Shown piece after piece: positions 1-10,316 of a stretch of DNA of 64,000 nucleotides. The position numbers were made by a program, and so were the translations under genes. The stretch spans positions 5,230-69,229 of the forward strand of contig JAFLUX010000002.1 in the NCBI GenBank assembly GCA_022508605.1. The letters are read 5' to 3'. Origin of the DNA: Bacteroidales bacterium. GTDB taxonomy: Bacteria > Bacteroidota > Bacteroidia > Bacteroidales > UBA932. A model generated the notes under the pieces. It saw only the letters and a list, made by a program, of their open reading frames with translations. It did no database searches and was not told the DNA's origin. Every line of letters starts with the position of its first letter. Within the stretch, counting starts at the first letter, position 1.

Positions 1-82
1 TCATTTTCCAAAATATTCTATAAATTTATCGTGGTTTGCGCAAATATGTGCGCTGCACGCTTGATAATTCCGAAACAGATGT

Positions 83-90
83 TATATTTG
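83..90 (+). promoter_or_regulatory. Bacteroidetes sigma-A -7 box (TATATTTG) for susC
   Basis: Matches TAnnTTTG; TTG at 61-63 lies 19 nt upstream; about 145-nt AT-rich leader to the ATG. Confidence 0.7.
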
Positions 91-237
91 CACTGTATTT
101 ATAAATGAAACGCAAATTTTTAAACAATTTTAAAAACGAATAACTAACTAATTTTTTCAACCCCTTGAAAACGTTCTGATTTTCAACCTGATGTCGTCCT
201 GGCTTGCAAAAACGTAATTATTAACTAAGGACCATTT

Positions 238-3200
238 ATGATGAAAATCACGATTCACAGAAGGTTTGCGCTGGCAATCATCGCCCTCTTTGCGGGACTT
301 AGCGCCTTCGCACAGACTTCTACGATTACCGGTGTGGTACGAGACTCCCAGAACGAGCCCATTGTCGGGGCCGCCGTTATGGTAAAAGGTACCACCACAG
401 GAGTTATGACAAATAACGACGGCTCCTATTCCATCAAGGCCAAAAGCGACGCTGTGCTCGTATGCCAGCTCTTCGGATACAAGACTGCCGAGGAAAATGT
501 CGCCGGCCGCACCCGTATAGATTTCGTTCTTGCCGATGATACCGAGATGCTCGAGGCGACAGTCGTCGTGGGTTACGGTACCATGAAGAAGACCCAGCTC
601 GTAGGCTCCGTGGAGAACCTCGACGGCGAAGCTATTCAGGATCGTCCCAATGCCAACGTCGCACGTAACCTGCAGGGTCAGGTCGCCGGTCTGAACATCA
701 TCCAGACCGACGGTAAGGCATCCCACACGGGTAACGTCTACATCCGCGGCAACAAGACCACCCAATACACCCGTACCAACTTCAACTCCTCCGCTGCCGG
801 AGCGACGCAGTCCATAGGTACCGGTGGTTCTGCCCTCATCCTCATCGACGGCGTGGAGGGCGACCTCAACTCCGTAAACTCATCCGACATCGAGACTGTC
901 GCAGTCCTCAAGGATGCCTCCTCGGCCGCCATCTACGGCTCCAAGGGTGCATTCGGCGTTATCATGATTACCACCAAGAACGCCAAGGACACCGAGAAGT
1001 TCACCATCACCTACAACGGCACCTATTCCTACAACGACCGTATAGTGAAGTGGGAGGATCATATCGTCACCGACGGTCTCGAGTACACCGAGGCCTTCTA
1101 TGAGCTGTTCGCCGGCGACACCGCCACCCCTACGGCCCTCGGAAAGAACCCTTCCACCATCAATACCTTCACCATCGGCGCCGACTATCTGGACCGCCTG
1201 CGCGAGCGCCGCATCGCCGGCAACAAGGATGTGTACGACATGTACAACGGTGCGTATGCATATTATGGCGACACTGACTGGTTCTCCGAGTTCTACAAGA
1301 AGGGATATTCCTCCACCACCCATGACATCAGCCTGAGGGGCGCTACCAAGAAGCTCACCTACTCCCTCACCGGACGTTACTATACCCAGGAAGGCGTCTA
1401 CAAGATCGGTGACGATTCCTACAACCGCTTCAACGTGCGTTCAAAGGCCAAGCTGCAGATCAACGACTGGCTGTCCGTGGACAACAACACATCCATGTTC
1501 CGCAGCACCCAGAGCCAGCCGATGTTCACCACCTCCTCCATTCTCGGCTACCAGATACAGTGCCATGCCGCACCTGTTCTCGTTCCCTTCAATGAAGACG
1601 GCACCTGGACTCTCGCTGCAAACAAGTCCGGTTTCACCTCTTTCTTCGAGGGCAACACCGGCCAGTACGATTCCAAACTCCAGATGGTGACCACCACCGG
1701 TGTGAATATCGACTTGGTAAAGAACGTCCTGAAGTTCCGCGGAGACTTCTCTTACAAGGCGGATCGTCAGGTAAAAGAGCGCTACCGCGCCCCCATGTCG
1801 TTCTCCCTCGCTCCCGGCAACTCCACTGACTATGTGACCCAGGAGTCCTCCTACAAGTCCCGCTGGACCTACGACTACGACTTCATCACCGCCAACGCAT
1901 TCTTCACCTTCACTCCGAAGTTCGGAGACAACCACGACCTCAACGTGGTTGCCGGTTGGAACCTCGAAGACTATAACTACGAGCGCTTCTATCTCCAGCG
2001 CAAAGGCATGCTCGACGCCAGCCACTGGCAGAGCTTCGAAATGTTCGACGGTACGGACATCAACATACAGCAGTATGACAGGAGCTACGGTTCCGTCGGC
2101 TTCTTCGCCCGTGTCAACTACACCCTGCTGAACCGCTATATCCTCGAGGCCTCCGGCCGTATCGACGGTTCTTCGAAGTTCCCTTCCAGCCAGCGCTGGG
2201 GCTTCTTCCCCTCCGCATCCGTGGGTTGGAGAGTGAGCGAGGAGCCTTGGATGAAGTGGAGCCGCGGCTGGCTCGACAACCTCAAGATTCGCGCTAACTA
2301 CGGTTCGCTCGGAAACGGTAACATCACTCCGTACTCCTATCTCGAGACTCTGAGCATAAGCAAGACCGGCATCCCTATCAACGGTATGAAGGCCAACTAC
2401 ACCACTGTTCCTTCACCTATCCCCGATTCCCTCACCTGGGAAACAGTCACCACTTACGACATCGGTCTCGACTTCGATATCCTCAAGAGCCGTCTTTCCT
2501 TCTCCGGCGACATCTACCGCCGCTACAACTCCGACCTGCTCACTGCCGGTCCTCAGCTCCCTGACATCTACGGTGCGAGCGCTCCCAAGGGCAACTACGG
2601 CGAGCTTACCACCAACGGCTGGGAGGCCACTCTCTCTTGGAGGCATTCCGTCAAGCTCGGAGGCAAGGACTTCCAGTACAGCATCAAGGGAAGCGTCTGG
2701 GACAGCCGCACGTTCGTCTCCAAGTTCGAGGCCCGCTCCGGAAACATCCTCGGCATGTACAAGGGCAAGGAAATCGGTGAAATCTGGGGCTTCCGCACTG
2801 ACGGTTACTTCCTCAACTACACCGATGCCAACAACTGGGCTACCGATACCTACCACAAGAACGGTTCCAACTTCCGCGAATATGCCGGTGACCTTCGTTT
2901 CATCGACGTGAACGGTGACGGCACCATCAACTTCGGCAACCAGAGCTTCTCCATGGATGAGAACGGCAACGTCACCCTCGACACCGGCGACCTCGAGGTC
3001 CTCGGAAACGTGACTCCCCGCTATCAGTACGGTCTGAACTTCGACTTCCGCTGGAACGGCATAGGACTCAGCCTGTTCTTCCAGGGCGTCGGACACCGCG
3101 ACTGGTATCCTTCCGTCGAGACCGGTCTGTTCTATGGCGGTTACAACCGCCCCTACATGGGTATAATGAAGACCCAGACAGGAGACAACTACGTCCATAT

Positions 3201-3630
3201 CAACTACACCAATGAGGACGGTTCCGCAAATCCCTACTGGGAGGTCACCAATGCCGACAAGAAGCCTTACTGGACACGCCGCGTCGGCTACTGCGCCAAC
3301 CGTAACGTCGGTCCTCTGACCGTTGAGAACGACTACTACATGCAGAATGCCGCATACCTGCGTCTGAAGAACCTCACCATCGACTACACCCTGCCCAAGA
3401 AGACCCTGAGCAAGGTGGGCATCGAGAACGTCAAGTTCTATGTTACGCTCGAGAACCTTCTGACCTGGTCTCCTATCTTCAAGCACACCCAGGCTTTCGA
3501 TCCTGAAGGAATCGACCTCGGTGATACCGACTTCGACAGCTACAGCAACTACGGTCTCTCCGGTATCGGACAGGGCTACAGCTATCCTATGCTCAAGTCC
3601 TATACTTTCGGTGTCAGCCTTACATTCTAA
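238..3630 (+). CDS. susC: SusC/RagA family TonB-dependent outer membrane transporter
   Basis: Signal peptide, N-terminal ITGVVRD..EPIVGA domain, plug motif LKDASSAAIYGSKGAFGVIMITTK, SYLRLKNLT-like motif, C-terminal Phe. Confidence 0.96.
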   Translation: MMKITIHRRFALAIIALFAGLSAFAQTSTITGVVRDSQNEPIVGAAVMVKGTTTGVMTNNDGSYSIKAKSDAVLVCQLFGYKTAEENVAGRTRIDFVLADDTEMLEATVVVGYGTMKKTQLVGSVENLDGEAIQDRPNANVARNLQGQVAGLNIIQTDGKASHTGNVYIRGNKTTQYTRTNFNSSAAGATQSIGTGGSALILIDGVEGDLNSVNSSDIETVAVLKDASSAAIYGSKGAFGVIMITTKNAKDTEKFTITYNGTYSYNDRIVKWEDHIVTDGLEYTEAFYELFAGDTATPTALGKNPSTINTFTIGADYLDRLRERRIAGNKDVYDMYNGAYAYYGDTDWFSEFYKKGYSSTTHDISLRGATKKLTYSLTGRYYTQEGVYKIGDDSYNRFNVRSKAKLQINDWLSVDNNTSMFRSTQSQPMFTTSSILGYQIQCHAAPVLVPFNEDGTWTLAANKSGFTSFFEGNTGQYDSKLQMVTTTGVNIDLVKNVLKFRGDFSYKADRQVKERYRAPMSFSLAPGNSTDYVTQESSYKSRWTYDYDFITANAFFTFTPKFGDNHDLNVVAGWNLEDYNYERFYLQRKGMLDASHWQSFEMFDGTDINIQQYDRSYGSVGFFARVNYTLLNRYILEASGRIDGSSKFPSSQRWGFFPSASVGWRVSEEPWMKWSRGWLDNLKIRANYGSLGNGNITPYSYLETLSISKTGIPINGMKANYTTVPSPIPDSLTWETVTTYDIGLDFDILKSRLSFSGDIYRRYNSDLLTAGPQLPDIYGASAPKGNYGELTTNGWEATLSWRHSVKLGGKDFQYSIKGSVWDSRTFVSKFEARSGNILGMYKGKEIGEIWGFRTDGYFLNYTDANNWATDTYHKNGSNFREYAGDLRFIDVNGDGTINFGNQSFSMDENGNVTLDTGDLEVLGNVTPRYQYGLNFDFRWNGIGLSLFFQGVGHRDWYPSVETGLFYGGYNRPYMGIMKTQTGDNYVHINYTNEDGSANPYWEVTNADKKPYWTRRVGYCANRNVGPLTVENDYYMQNAAYLRLKNLTIDYTLPKKTLSKVGIENVKFYVTLENLLTWSPIFKHTQAFDPEGIDLGDTDFDSYSNYGLSGIGQGYSYPMLKSYTFGVSLTF

Positions 3631-3645
3631 TCAAGGACATGAAAT

Positions 3646-5469
3646 ATGAAAAAGATTTTTAATATAATTATCTGTGCATCAGCTGTAATGACCATGTCTT
3701 CCTGCGATAAGTTCTTCGAGAGGGAGCCGTGGAACGAATTCAGTGCAGAGACTTACTTCCGCTCTGAAGGCGAACTCAAGATGTACACAGACGGCTTCTT
3801 GAATGCATATCTGCCGAATTATACGGAGACAAACGGCAATGATGCCTACAACGACCTCATAGCCACGAAAACCTCCACCGACTTCTTCCGTGCGGACGTC
3901 ACCTGGGACGGCTCCAAGCAGGGCACCTGGACCTGGACATGGCTCCGCCGCATCAACTTCATGATTCAGGGCATGGAAAAGAACGCCCTCGGAGTCGTGG
4001 ATGAAGATACGTACAACCACTACCTCGGACTTGCACGCTTCTGGAGGGCATACAACTACATGTCCCGCGTCAAGCTGTTCTCCAACGTCCCCTGGGTCGA
4101 CACTTATCTTCAGCCCCAGGACACGCTCATCCTTTACGGAGAGCGTGAGGACCGCGAGTACGTATTCCACAAGATGGTAGAGGACTTCGAGTTCGCCTGC
4201 GAGCATGTCGACAACCGCGTCCACTCGACGGATGCCAAGTCGAGGAACCAGGTGGACAAGTATGTGGTCAACGCAATGGCTTCCCGCATACTCCTCTACG
4301 AAGGTACTTTCCGCAAGAACCACAGCGTGAATCCCGCGACCAACGAGCCGTGGAACAACAAATATGAGACCGCCAACGATCTGCTCGCACTTGCCGCCAA
4401 GTACGCCAAGTACGTCATAGATTCCGGCGAATTCAAGCTCTATACAGGCAACTGGTCCGACTTGTTCATCAGCGAGGATCTCAAGACCGACGAGGTCCTT
4501 TGGGGCCAGGTGTACATCCTCGAGTCCAACGGCCGCCATGCCTACACGCGCTACTTCAACTCCTCGACTCTGGGACAGCAGTATTCCGGTACCAAGGAAC
4601 TCCTGCACCACTTCCTGAACGCCGACGGTACCCCCATCTCCTCCGACTACAAGACCATCAACCAGGAATTCGAGGGCAGGGATCCCCGTATGGCAAAGAC
4701 CTTCCTGTCTCCCGGACACACGGTGGCGTCTCTGTCAGGCGAGCAGGTGCCCCAGCCTATCAACTGCACATTCTGCTGGACGGGCTACATGATTATCAAG
4801 TGGTGCGTCCCCGACCAGAGCCACTGGCAGAACGGTATCGACGAGAACGGCATCCCTATCATGCGTTATGCTGAAGTGCTCCTCAACTATGCCGAGGCCA
4901 TGAACGAGCTCGGACAGTTCACCGAGGGTATATGGAACCAGACTGTCGGCGCCATCCGTCAGAGGGCCGGTGTCCGCAGCATCTATCCCACATCCCCCGA
5001 TCCCTGGCTCAAGGAATACTACACCAAGGACCTCAAGAACCAGCACATCACCGACGGCAACGAAGCCGTGGCACTCGAAATCCGCCGTGAGCGCGTGACC
5101 GAGCTTTGCTTCGAGGCTGAAAGCCGTCAGCAGGATCTCATGCGCTGGGGCATCGGTGACATCATCCCTCGCCGCGGCGGCAACGGCAACGGCTGGACCG
5201 GCCTTTGGCTGAGCGAGAACGATGTCAAGAACGGCTTCGACTTCAACGGAACTCACTACACCATGAACGAGACCATCAAGAACGCTTCCGAGACCGGATA
5301 TCCCATCTCTGGAACGAACAACTCCTGCTGGTCGCTCGAGAAGGCCGGAGACGGCTACTTCCTGGTGTACAACTACCAGCTCAAGTGGGAAGACAGGATG
5401 TATTGCCGTCCTATCCCTACCACTGCAAAGGTTCTGAACGAGAAACTCGGAGAGAACTACGGTTGGTAG
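3646..5469 (+). CDS. susD: SusD/RagB family nutrient-binding lipoprotein
   Basis: Lipobox MSSC; GLARFWRAYNY, MRYAEVLLNYAEA and EIRRERVTELCFE motifs; directly after susC. Confidence 0.95.
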   Translation: MKKIFNIIICASAVMTMSSCDKFFEREPWNEFSAETYFRSEGELKMYTDGFLNAYLPNYTETNGNDAYNDLIATKTSTDFFRADVTWDGSKQGTWTWTWLRRINFMIQGMEKNALGVVDEDTYNHYLGLARFWRAYNYMSRVKLFSNVPWVDTYLQPQDTLILYGEREDREYVFHKMVEDFEFACEHVDNRVHSTDAKSRNQVDKYVVNAMASRILLYEGTFRKNHSVNPATNEPWNNKYETANDLLALAAKYAKYVIDSGEFKLYTGNWSDLFISEDLKTDEVLWGQVYILESNGRHAYTRYFNSSTLGQQYSGTKELLHHFLNADGTPISSDYKTINQEFEGRDPRMAKTFLSPGHTVASLSGEQVPQPINCTFCWTGYMIIKWCVPDQSHWQNGIDENGIPIMRYAEVLLNYAEAMNELGQFTEGIWNQTVGAIRQRAGVRSIYPTSPDPWLKEYYTKDLKNQHITDGNEAVALEIRRERVTELCFEAESRQQDLMRWGIGDIIPRRGGNGNGWTGLWLSENDVKNGFDFNGTHYTMNETIKNASETGYPISGTNNSCWSLEKAGDGYFLVYNYQLKWEDRMYCRPIPTTAKVLNEKLGENYGW

Positions 5470-5497
5470 CAGTCCGCTTACCTCATGCGATTTTTGG

Positions 5498-5530
5498 AAA
5501 GGCTGGCCTTCGGGCCGGCCTTTCATTTTT
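5498..5530 (+). terminator. Intrinsic terminator after susD
   Basis: AAAGGCTGGCC-TTCG-GGCCGGCCTTT hairpin (C-UUCG-G loop) followed by a T-rich tail. Confidence 0.8.
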
Positions 5531-5580
5531 TGAAAAGAATGATTATTTTTGTGAATCAGACCATAAAATTTCTTAGAATA

Positions 5581-7329
5581 ATGAAAAAGCTTAAATTTTC
5601 AGCATTTGCGATTTGCGCCATTTTGTCGTGCGCATTTTCCTGCGAAAAACCCGACGGGCCTGATACTCCCGGCGGCGGCACCGAAGATGCAGTGGACGTA
5701 ATCAACGGGACCACCATAGGGGAAGGCATGAATGCCTGCGGTCTTGTCAGCAACGCCCAGACCGGCGAGGGCATCCCCGGCGTGCCTGTGACCGACGGAT
5801 ACAGCTATGTGCTCACCGATGCGAACGGCGTGTACCAGATGGAGGCGAGCCGCTATACCCGCAACATCTATCTCAGCGTGCCGTCCGAGTACAAGATACC
5901 TCTGGATCCTGCCACGCACCTGCCGCTGTTCTATTCCACCAAGGCTTTCGACAAGAATGTCGTGAACCGCAACGACTTCAAGCTCGAACCTCAGGCCGTG
6001 GAGAATGAGTTCACCATGATAATGATTGGCGACCCCCAGTGCCAGAATGCCGACCAGGTCGCACGCTACAGGACCGAGACGGTGCCCGCAATGCTTTCCT
6101 ACCTCAACCAGGAGCATGCGGGTGGACGCTGCCCCAATGCCTACGGCATGACGCTCGGCGACATCACCTTCGACAGCACCAATCTCTGGGCCGACATGAA
6201 GAGCACCATGTGCGACCTCAAGCTCAACGACGGCAGCTATTTCCCCATTTTCCAGTGCATAGGCAACCACGACCACAATTCCCTCGAAACCACAGGGGAT
6301 TTTGCGGCTACGGGCAAGTATGTGGAATATTTCGGTCCCACCGACTACTCCTTCAACCGCGGTCAGGTGCATATCATCACCATGGATGACATCATGGTCA
6401 CCAACATTTCCAAGAACTCTTCCCCCAACAGCGCGACATGGAGTTACAACGGAGGTTTCACCGCCGCACAGTACCGCTGGCTCCAGGAAGATCTCGCACA
6501 GGTGGACAAGAAGAACGAGAAGATGGTGTTCCTGTGCATGCACATTCCCATGCGTGCCGGCGCAGCCTCCGGCGGTTCGTCATTCAACACCAGCGCCTAC
6601 TATAAGGAGGTCCTCGGCCTTCTGAAGCAGTTCAAGGAGGCCCATATCATGATAGGCCATACCCATTACTGCCAGAATTACATCCATCCTCTCTACGTCT
6701 GTGCAGGCGGCCAGCCCATCTACGAGCATGTCCACGGCGCAGCCTGCGGCGGATGGTGGAGCTGCAACTCGAATGTCACCGGACAGCCCAACGGATTCAG
6801 TGTGTATGAGATAAAGGGCAGCTCCGTGGTCAACTGGGTCGATGTGGGCACCAAAAGCGGGGCCCTGGAGCAGATGAGGGTGTATGACGGCAACCAGCTC
6901 TATACCGGCAGCAAAGGCTATGAATACTACTGGTACAGCACATCCAACAAGGGCGGCACGAGTTCCATCACCGCACAGGGCAACGCCAGCCTGAAGAATG
7001 CTTTCGTGGCCGAGGTGTTCAACGATGACGACCGCAACTGGAAAGTCGAGATGTGGCAGGACGGAGTGAAGATCGGCGACTTCAAGAGGCTCGCCAACGG
7101 CAGCTGCTGCAACGTGTGCCTCGCTTCCTATTTCTTCAATGAGCTCGGCAAGAACACGGACTCCTGGACCAATAAGACTGCCAGCCACTACTGGTACTTT
7201 GTGCCTGCTTCCGGCCAGCCGTCTGACGAGAAGAACTGGGAAGTGCGCGCCACGCAGACTATACCCGGAAGCGGCCATGAGAATACTTATGCCTGCGCAA
7301 CCCTGACTACGAATTACAGCCAGTTCTGA
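5581..7329 (+). CDS. Lipoprotein calcineurin-like metallophosphoesterase (MetallophosN/C type)
   Basis: Start moved to ATG 5581 (MKKLKF..AFSC lipobox); motifs GDPQ, LGDITFD, IGNHD, HIP, GHTH. Confidence 0.9.
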   Translation: MKKLKFSAFAICAILSCAFSCEKPDGPDTPGGGTEDAVDVINGTTIGEGMNACGLVSNAQTGEGIPGVPVTDGYSYVLTDANGVYQMEASRYTRNIYLSVPSEYKIPLDPATHLPLFYSTKAFDKNVVNRNDFKLEPQAVENEFTMIMIGDPQCQNADQVARYRTETVPAMLSYLNQEHAGGRCPNAYGMTLGDITFDSTNLWADMKSTMCDLKLNDGSYFPIFQCIGNHDHNSLETTGDFAATGKYVEYFGPTDYSFNRGQVHIITMDDIMVTNISKNSSPNSATWSYNGGFTAAQYRWLQEDLAQVDKKNEKMVFLCMHIPMRAGAASGGSSFNTSAYYKEVLGLLKQFKEAHIMIGHTHYCQNYIHPLYVCAGGQPIYEHVHGAACGGWWSCNSNVTGQPNGFSVYEIKGSSVVNWVDVGTKSGALEQMRVYDGNQLYTGSKGYEYYWYSTSNKGGTSSITAQGNASLKNAFVAEVFNDDDRNWKVEMWQDGVKIGDFKRLANGSCCNVCLASYFFNELGKNTDSWTNKTASHYWYFVPASGQPSDEKNWEVRATQTIPGSGHENTYACATLTTNYSQF

Positions 7330-9470
7330 TGAAAAAGAGAGTTTTTGTCCTGCTGTCCGTCTGCCTTTTGGCGGCGGCTTGCAGTAAGGAGGATTTGTAT
7401 TCTCCCGCTCCTGTGAGCGGCACCTGGGTGTTCTCGTCTTCAAATGACGGGAAGGTGTGGACTGACATGAACATAGACAAAGCCTATTATTTCGACGGCA
7501 GCGGAAAATATACCGTTGCCGTCAGGGCTTCGTCCGCCAAGGTCACTTATTACAACGGTCAGGTATATGCCGAAGAATCGGCATTCGTTGCCGACAACAC
7601 CGTGTACACCGTAGGCAAAGGGGAGGGGGAGAAGTATAAGTTCAGTTCTTTCCCCGGAGTGTTCACCCTCGTTTCGTCATCATCTTCCGAGATGGTGTTC
7701 GACTATTCCGGCGGCGGCTCAGTGAGCGGCTACAAATTGTCCAAGGTGACGAAGTTCGCGCCTTCCGCAACTCCGGAGCGGCCCGATCCGGCTCCTGAGG
7801 ACCCGGAACCCGAAACACCTTCGGCATATACCATCAACGGCACGGAGATACTTGAGGGCAATGATCTCGTCGGCCTCATATACAGCACTGCCGACAACAA
7901 GGGAATCCCCGGAGTGGTGGTGTCCGATGGATATGATTGCGTGCTCACCGATGCGAACGGCGTCTACCAGTTCAAGTCCAACAGCCTGACCCGCCTCGTC
8001 TATTACTCCACGCCTGCGGAGTACAAGGTGGCCACCTCGTCATCTCCCAGTCTTCCCGCCTTCTACAAGGAAATCAAGCCTGACGGAGACATAATCCGCA
8101 CCGACTTCAAACTCGAGCCTCTGGCCGGCGGCAAGGAGAGCAGTTGGACGTTCGTGGCCGTGGGAGACCCCCAGTGCGCCACTACGGACAATCTCAACCG
8201 CTATTCGAGGGAGACGCTTGCGGACATCAAGTCCACCCTGGCCGGGCAAAGCAGCGTGTACGCCATGACGCTCGGTGACATAACTTTCGACAGCACCAAC
8301 ATGTGGCCCACGATGAAGGCATCCATGGCCTCCGTGAACAACGGAGCCTGGTACATCCCTTTCTTCCAGACCATAGGCAACCACGATCACGACTCGCTCA
8401 AGCCGGATACTGCCGACGATGCCGCCGATGACTACAACGCCACGGCTACATTCGTGAGCAACTTCGGCCCCACCGACTATTCTTTCAACAGGGGAGACGT
8501 TCATATAGTGTCCATGGACAATATACCTGTCTCCAACCAGTCCAGTTCGGGCAAGAGCAACGGCAAGACCTGGAATTACGGCAAGGGATTCTCCGACAGC
8601 CAGTACAACTGGCTCAAGAAAGATATAGACCTTGTCCCCGACCGTGGCGAAAAGATGGTGTTCATCTGCTGCCACATACCTTTCAGGAACGCGAGCAATG
8701 CCAACTTCCCCCACTGCCAGGATGTGCTCAAACTCCTCTCGGAGTTCAAGGAGGTGCATATCATGATAGGGCATACCCACTATCAGCAGAACTATGTGTA
8801 CGCATCCTACAAGGGCAAGGGCGGACTTCCTTTCTACGAGCATATCCACGGGTCGGCCTGCGGCGCATGGTGGACCAAGGACTGCAGTTCTACCGTCACG
8901 GGAGAACCGTCGGGATATACCGTGTACGAGATTGACGGAGCGCATATCAAAGACTGGACGTTCAAGGGCACGCGAAAGGATGCCGACTGCCAGTTCCGCG
9001 TGTTTGACGGAGATGAAATCTACTATCAGTCCGCAAGTTATCCTCTCAACTGGTACACTGCTTCCCAGAAGGCCGGCTCGGCGAGCATCGCCGTGAAGGG
9101 CAATGCGAGTCTCAAGGGATGCTTTGTCGCGCAGATGTTCGATGATGACGATACCTACTGGAAGGTGGAACTTCGCAAGAAGAGCACGGGCGAGAAGATT
9201 GCCGATTTCACGAGGTTGGCCAACGGCCAGAGTACCAATGTGGCCATGTCCGCCCATTACTTCAACAAGAAAAGCAAGAATTCCACAAGCTACACTTCCA
9301 CCACCGCGAGCCACTACTGGTATTGCAAGCCTGCATCCGGCAGTCCTGCGGATGCGACCGACTGGGAAGTCGTGGCAACCCACACCCTTCCGGGAGGCAC
9401 CGCCGCCCACAGCTGGAAAGTTTCGGAACTTACTACCGAAGCGGGCCTGGACAGCGCCTTCTGGTTCTGA
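7329..9470 (+). CDS. Second lipoprotein calcineurin-like metallophosphoesterase with extra N-terminal domain
   Basis: Lipobox LAAAC; same GDPQ/GDITFD/GNHD/GHTH motifs; clear paralogue of the upstream gene; TGATG overlap. Confidence 0.9.
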   Translation: MKKRVFVLLSVCLLAAACSKEDLYSPAPVSGTWVFSSSNDGKVWTDMNIDKAYYFDGSGKYTVAVRASSAKVTYYNGQVYAEESAFVADNTVYTVGKGEGEKYKFSSFPGVFTLVSSSSSEMVFDYSGGGSVSGYKLSKVTKFAPSATPERPDPAPEDPEPETPSAYTINGTEILEGNDLVGLIYSTADNKGIPGVVVSDGYDCVLTDANGVYQFKSNSLTRLVYYSTPAEYKVATSSSPSLPAFYKEIKPDGDIIRTDFKLEPLAGGKESSWTFVAVGDPQCATTDNLNRYSRETLADIKSTLAGQSSVYAMTLGDITFDSTNMWPTMKASMASVNNGAWYIPFFQTIGNHDHDSLKPDTADDAADDYNATATFVSNFGPTDYSFNRGDVHIVSMDNIPVSNQSSSGKSNGKTWNYGKGFSDSQYNWLKKDIDLVPDRGEKMVFICCHIPFRNASNANFPHCQDVLKLLSEFKEVHIMIGHTHYQQNYVYASYKGKGGLPFYEHIHGSACGAWWTKDCSSTVTGEPSGYTVYEIDGAHIKDWTFKGTRKDADCQFRVFDGDEIYYQSASYPLNWYTASQKAGSASIAVKGNASLKGCFVAQMFDDDDTYWKVELRKKSTGEKIADFTRLANGQSTNVAMSAHYFNKKSKNSTSYTSTTASHYWYCKPASGSPADATDWEVVATHTLPGGTAAHSWKVSELTTEAGLDSAFWF

Positions 9471-9473
9471 TTG

Positions 9474-10262
9474 CTAATAGACTATGCGGCGGGTGATTAC
9501 GGCGAATGCCGTACTGTCGGGATGTATGCGTTCGGTGCGCTTTGTCCAGTTGCCCCTGTCGTCATACTCATAGAAATAGAATCTTTCAGGATGGACCTCC
9601 AAATCGGGGGTCCATTCCATTTCTCCGGCGGAGTCGAGTATCGTGTTGAGGCTGCGCACCGGCAGTCCTTTCTCGTTGTAGTCTATTTCCACGTAGATGC
9701 CGGCCCCGTCTATCTTCGTGGGCTTCGAGTCTGTCAGGAAGTCGATGTCGGCCCTTCCCAGTTCCGACCCGTCCGGCGCGTAGGAAACTTCTATGTAGCT
9801 GCTTCCCTTGTAGCTTTTGGTCGTGACATAGTTTTCCTCGCCCTCGCTGAAGTAGGTGGTGTGTACGATGTGCCTGCCGTCGTTCTTGTGCACCCACCTG
9901 TGCAGCTCATCGTTGTTCATCCCGTACATGCGGCATTCGCGCACGAATCGTCCGTCCCATTCGTATTCATAGCGAATCTCGGTCTCGTTCTCGCCGTTGA
10001 TGCCCTGGATTTCGCTGAGGCGCCCTTTTTTGTCGAAGTAACTTATCTCGCGGTAGCGGACCTCGCCGTCCTCGTTATATGTGATGCGCTCCACGGCCTG
10101 GCCGCGGGAGTTGAAAGTCACGCTGTAGCTTCTTTCCAGAGTGTCCGGCAGGACGGAAATTTCTTTTGCTTTGCAGTTGAGTCCGTATGTTTCAAGATTG
10201 TCGACTACGGGGTTACAGGCAGCGGAAAGAAGCGCTGCGACTATCATAAATCTTCCTTTCAT
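9474..10262 (-). CDS. YD/RHS-repeat-like lipoprotein, function unknown
   Basis: Lipobox LSAAC; repeated Y-x-D-x-x-G turns ending YEYDDRGNWTKR. Confidence 0.7.
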   Translation of the reverse strand: MKGRFMIVAALLSAACNPVVDNLETYGLNCKAKEISVLPDTLERSYSVTFNSRGQAVERITYNEDGEVRYREISYFDKKGRLSEIQGINGENETEIRYEYEWDGRFVRECRMYGMNNDELHRWVHKNDGRHIVHTTYFSEGEENYVTTKSYKGSSYIEVSYAPDGSELGRADIDFLTDSKPTKIDGAGIYVEIDYNEKGLPVRSLNTILDSAGEMEWTPDLEVHPERFYFYEYDDRGNWTKRTERIHPDSTAFAVITRRIVY

Positions 10263-10269
10263 AATAGCG

Positions 10270-10296
10270 CAAAGTTATGAAAAAAGTGTAAATTTG
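10270..10296. promoter_or_regulatory. Back-to-back -7 boxes (TAACTTTG on minus 10270-10277; TAAATTTG on plus 10289-10296)
   Basis: Both match TAnnTTTG and each points at one of the two divergent ORFs. Confidence 0.7.
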
Positions 10297-10316
10297 CATT
10301 TGATAAATCCACTATT

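Noticed and set aside
1-237. Invertible (phase-variable) promoter upstream of susC
   Set aside because: No long inverted repeats flank the -7 box, and no recombinase is nearby in the window.
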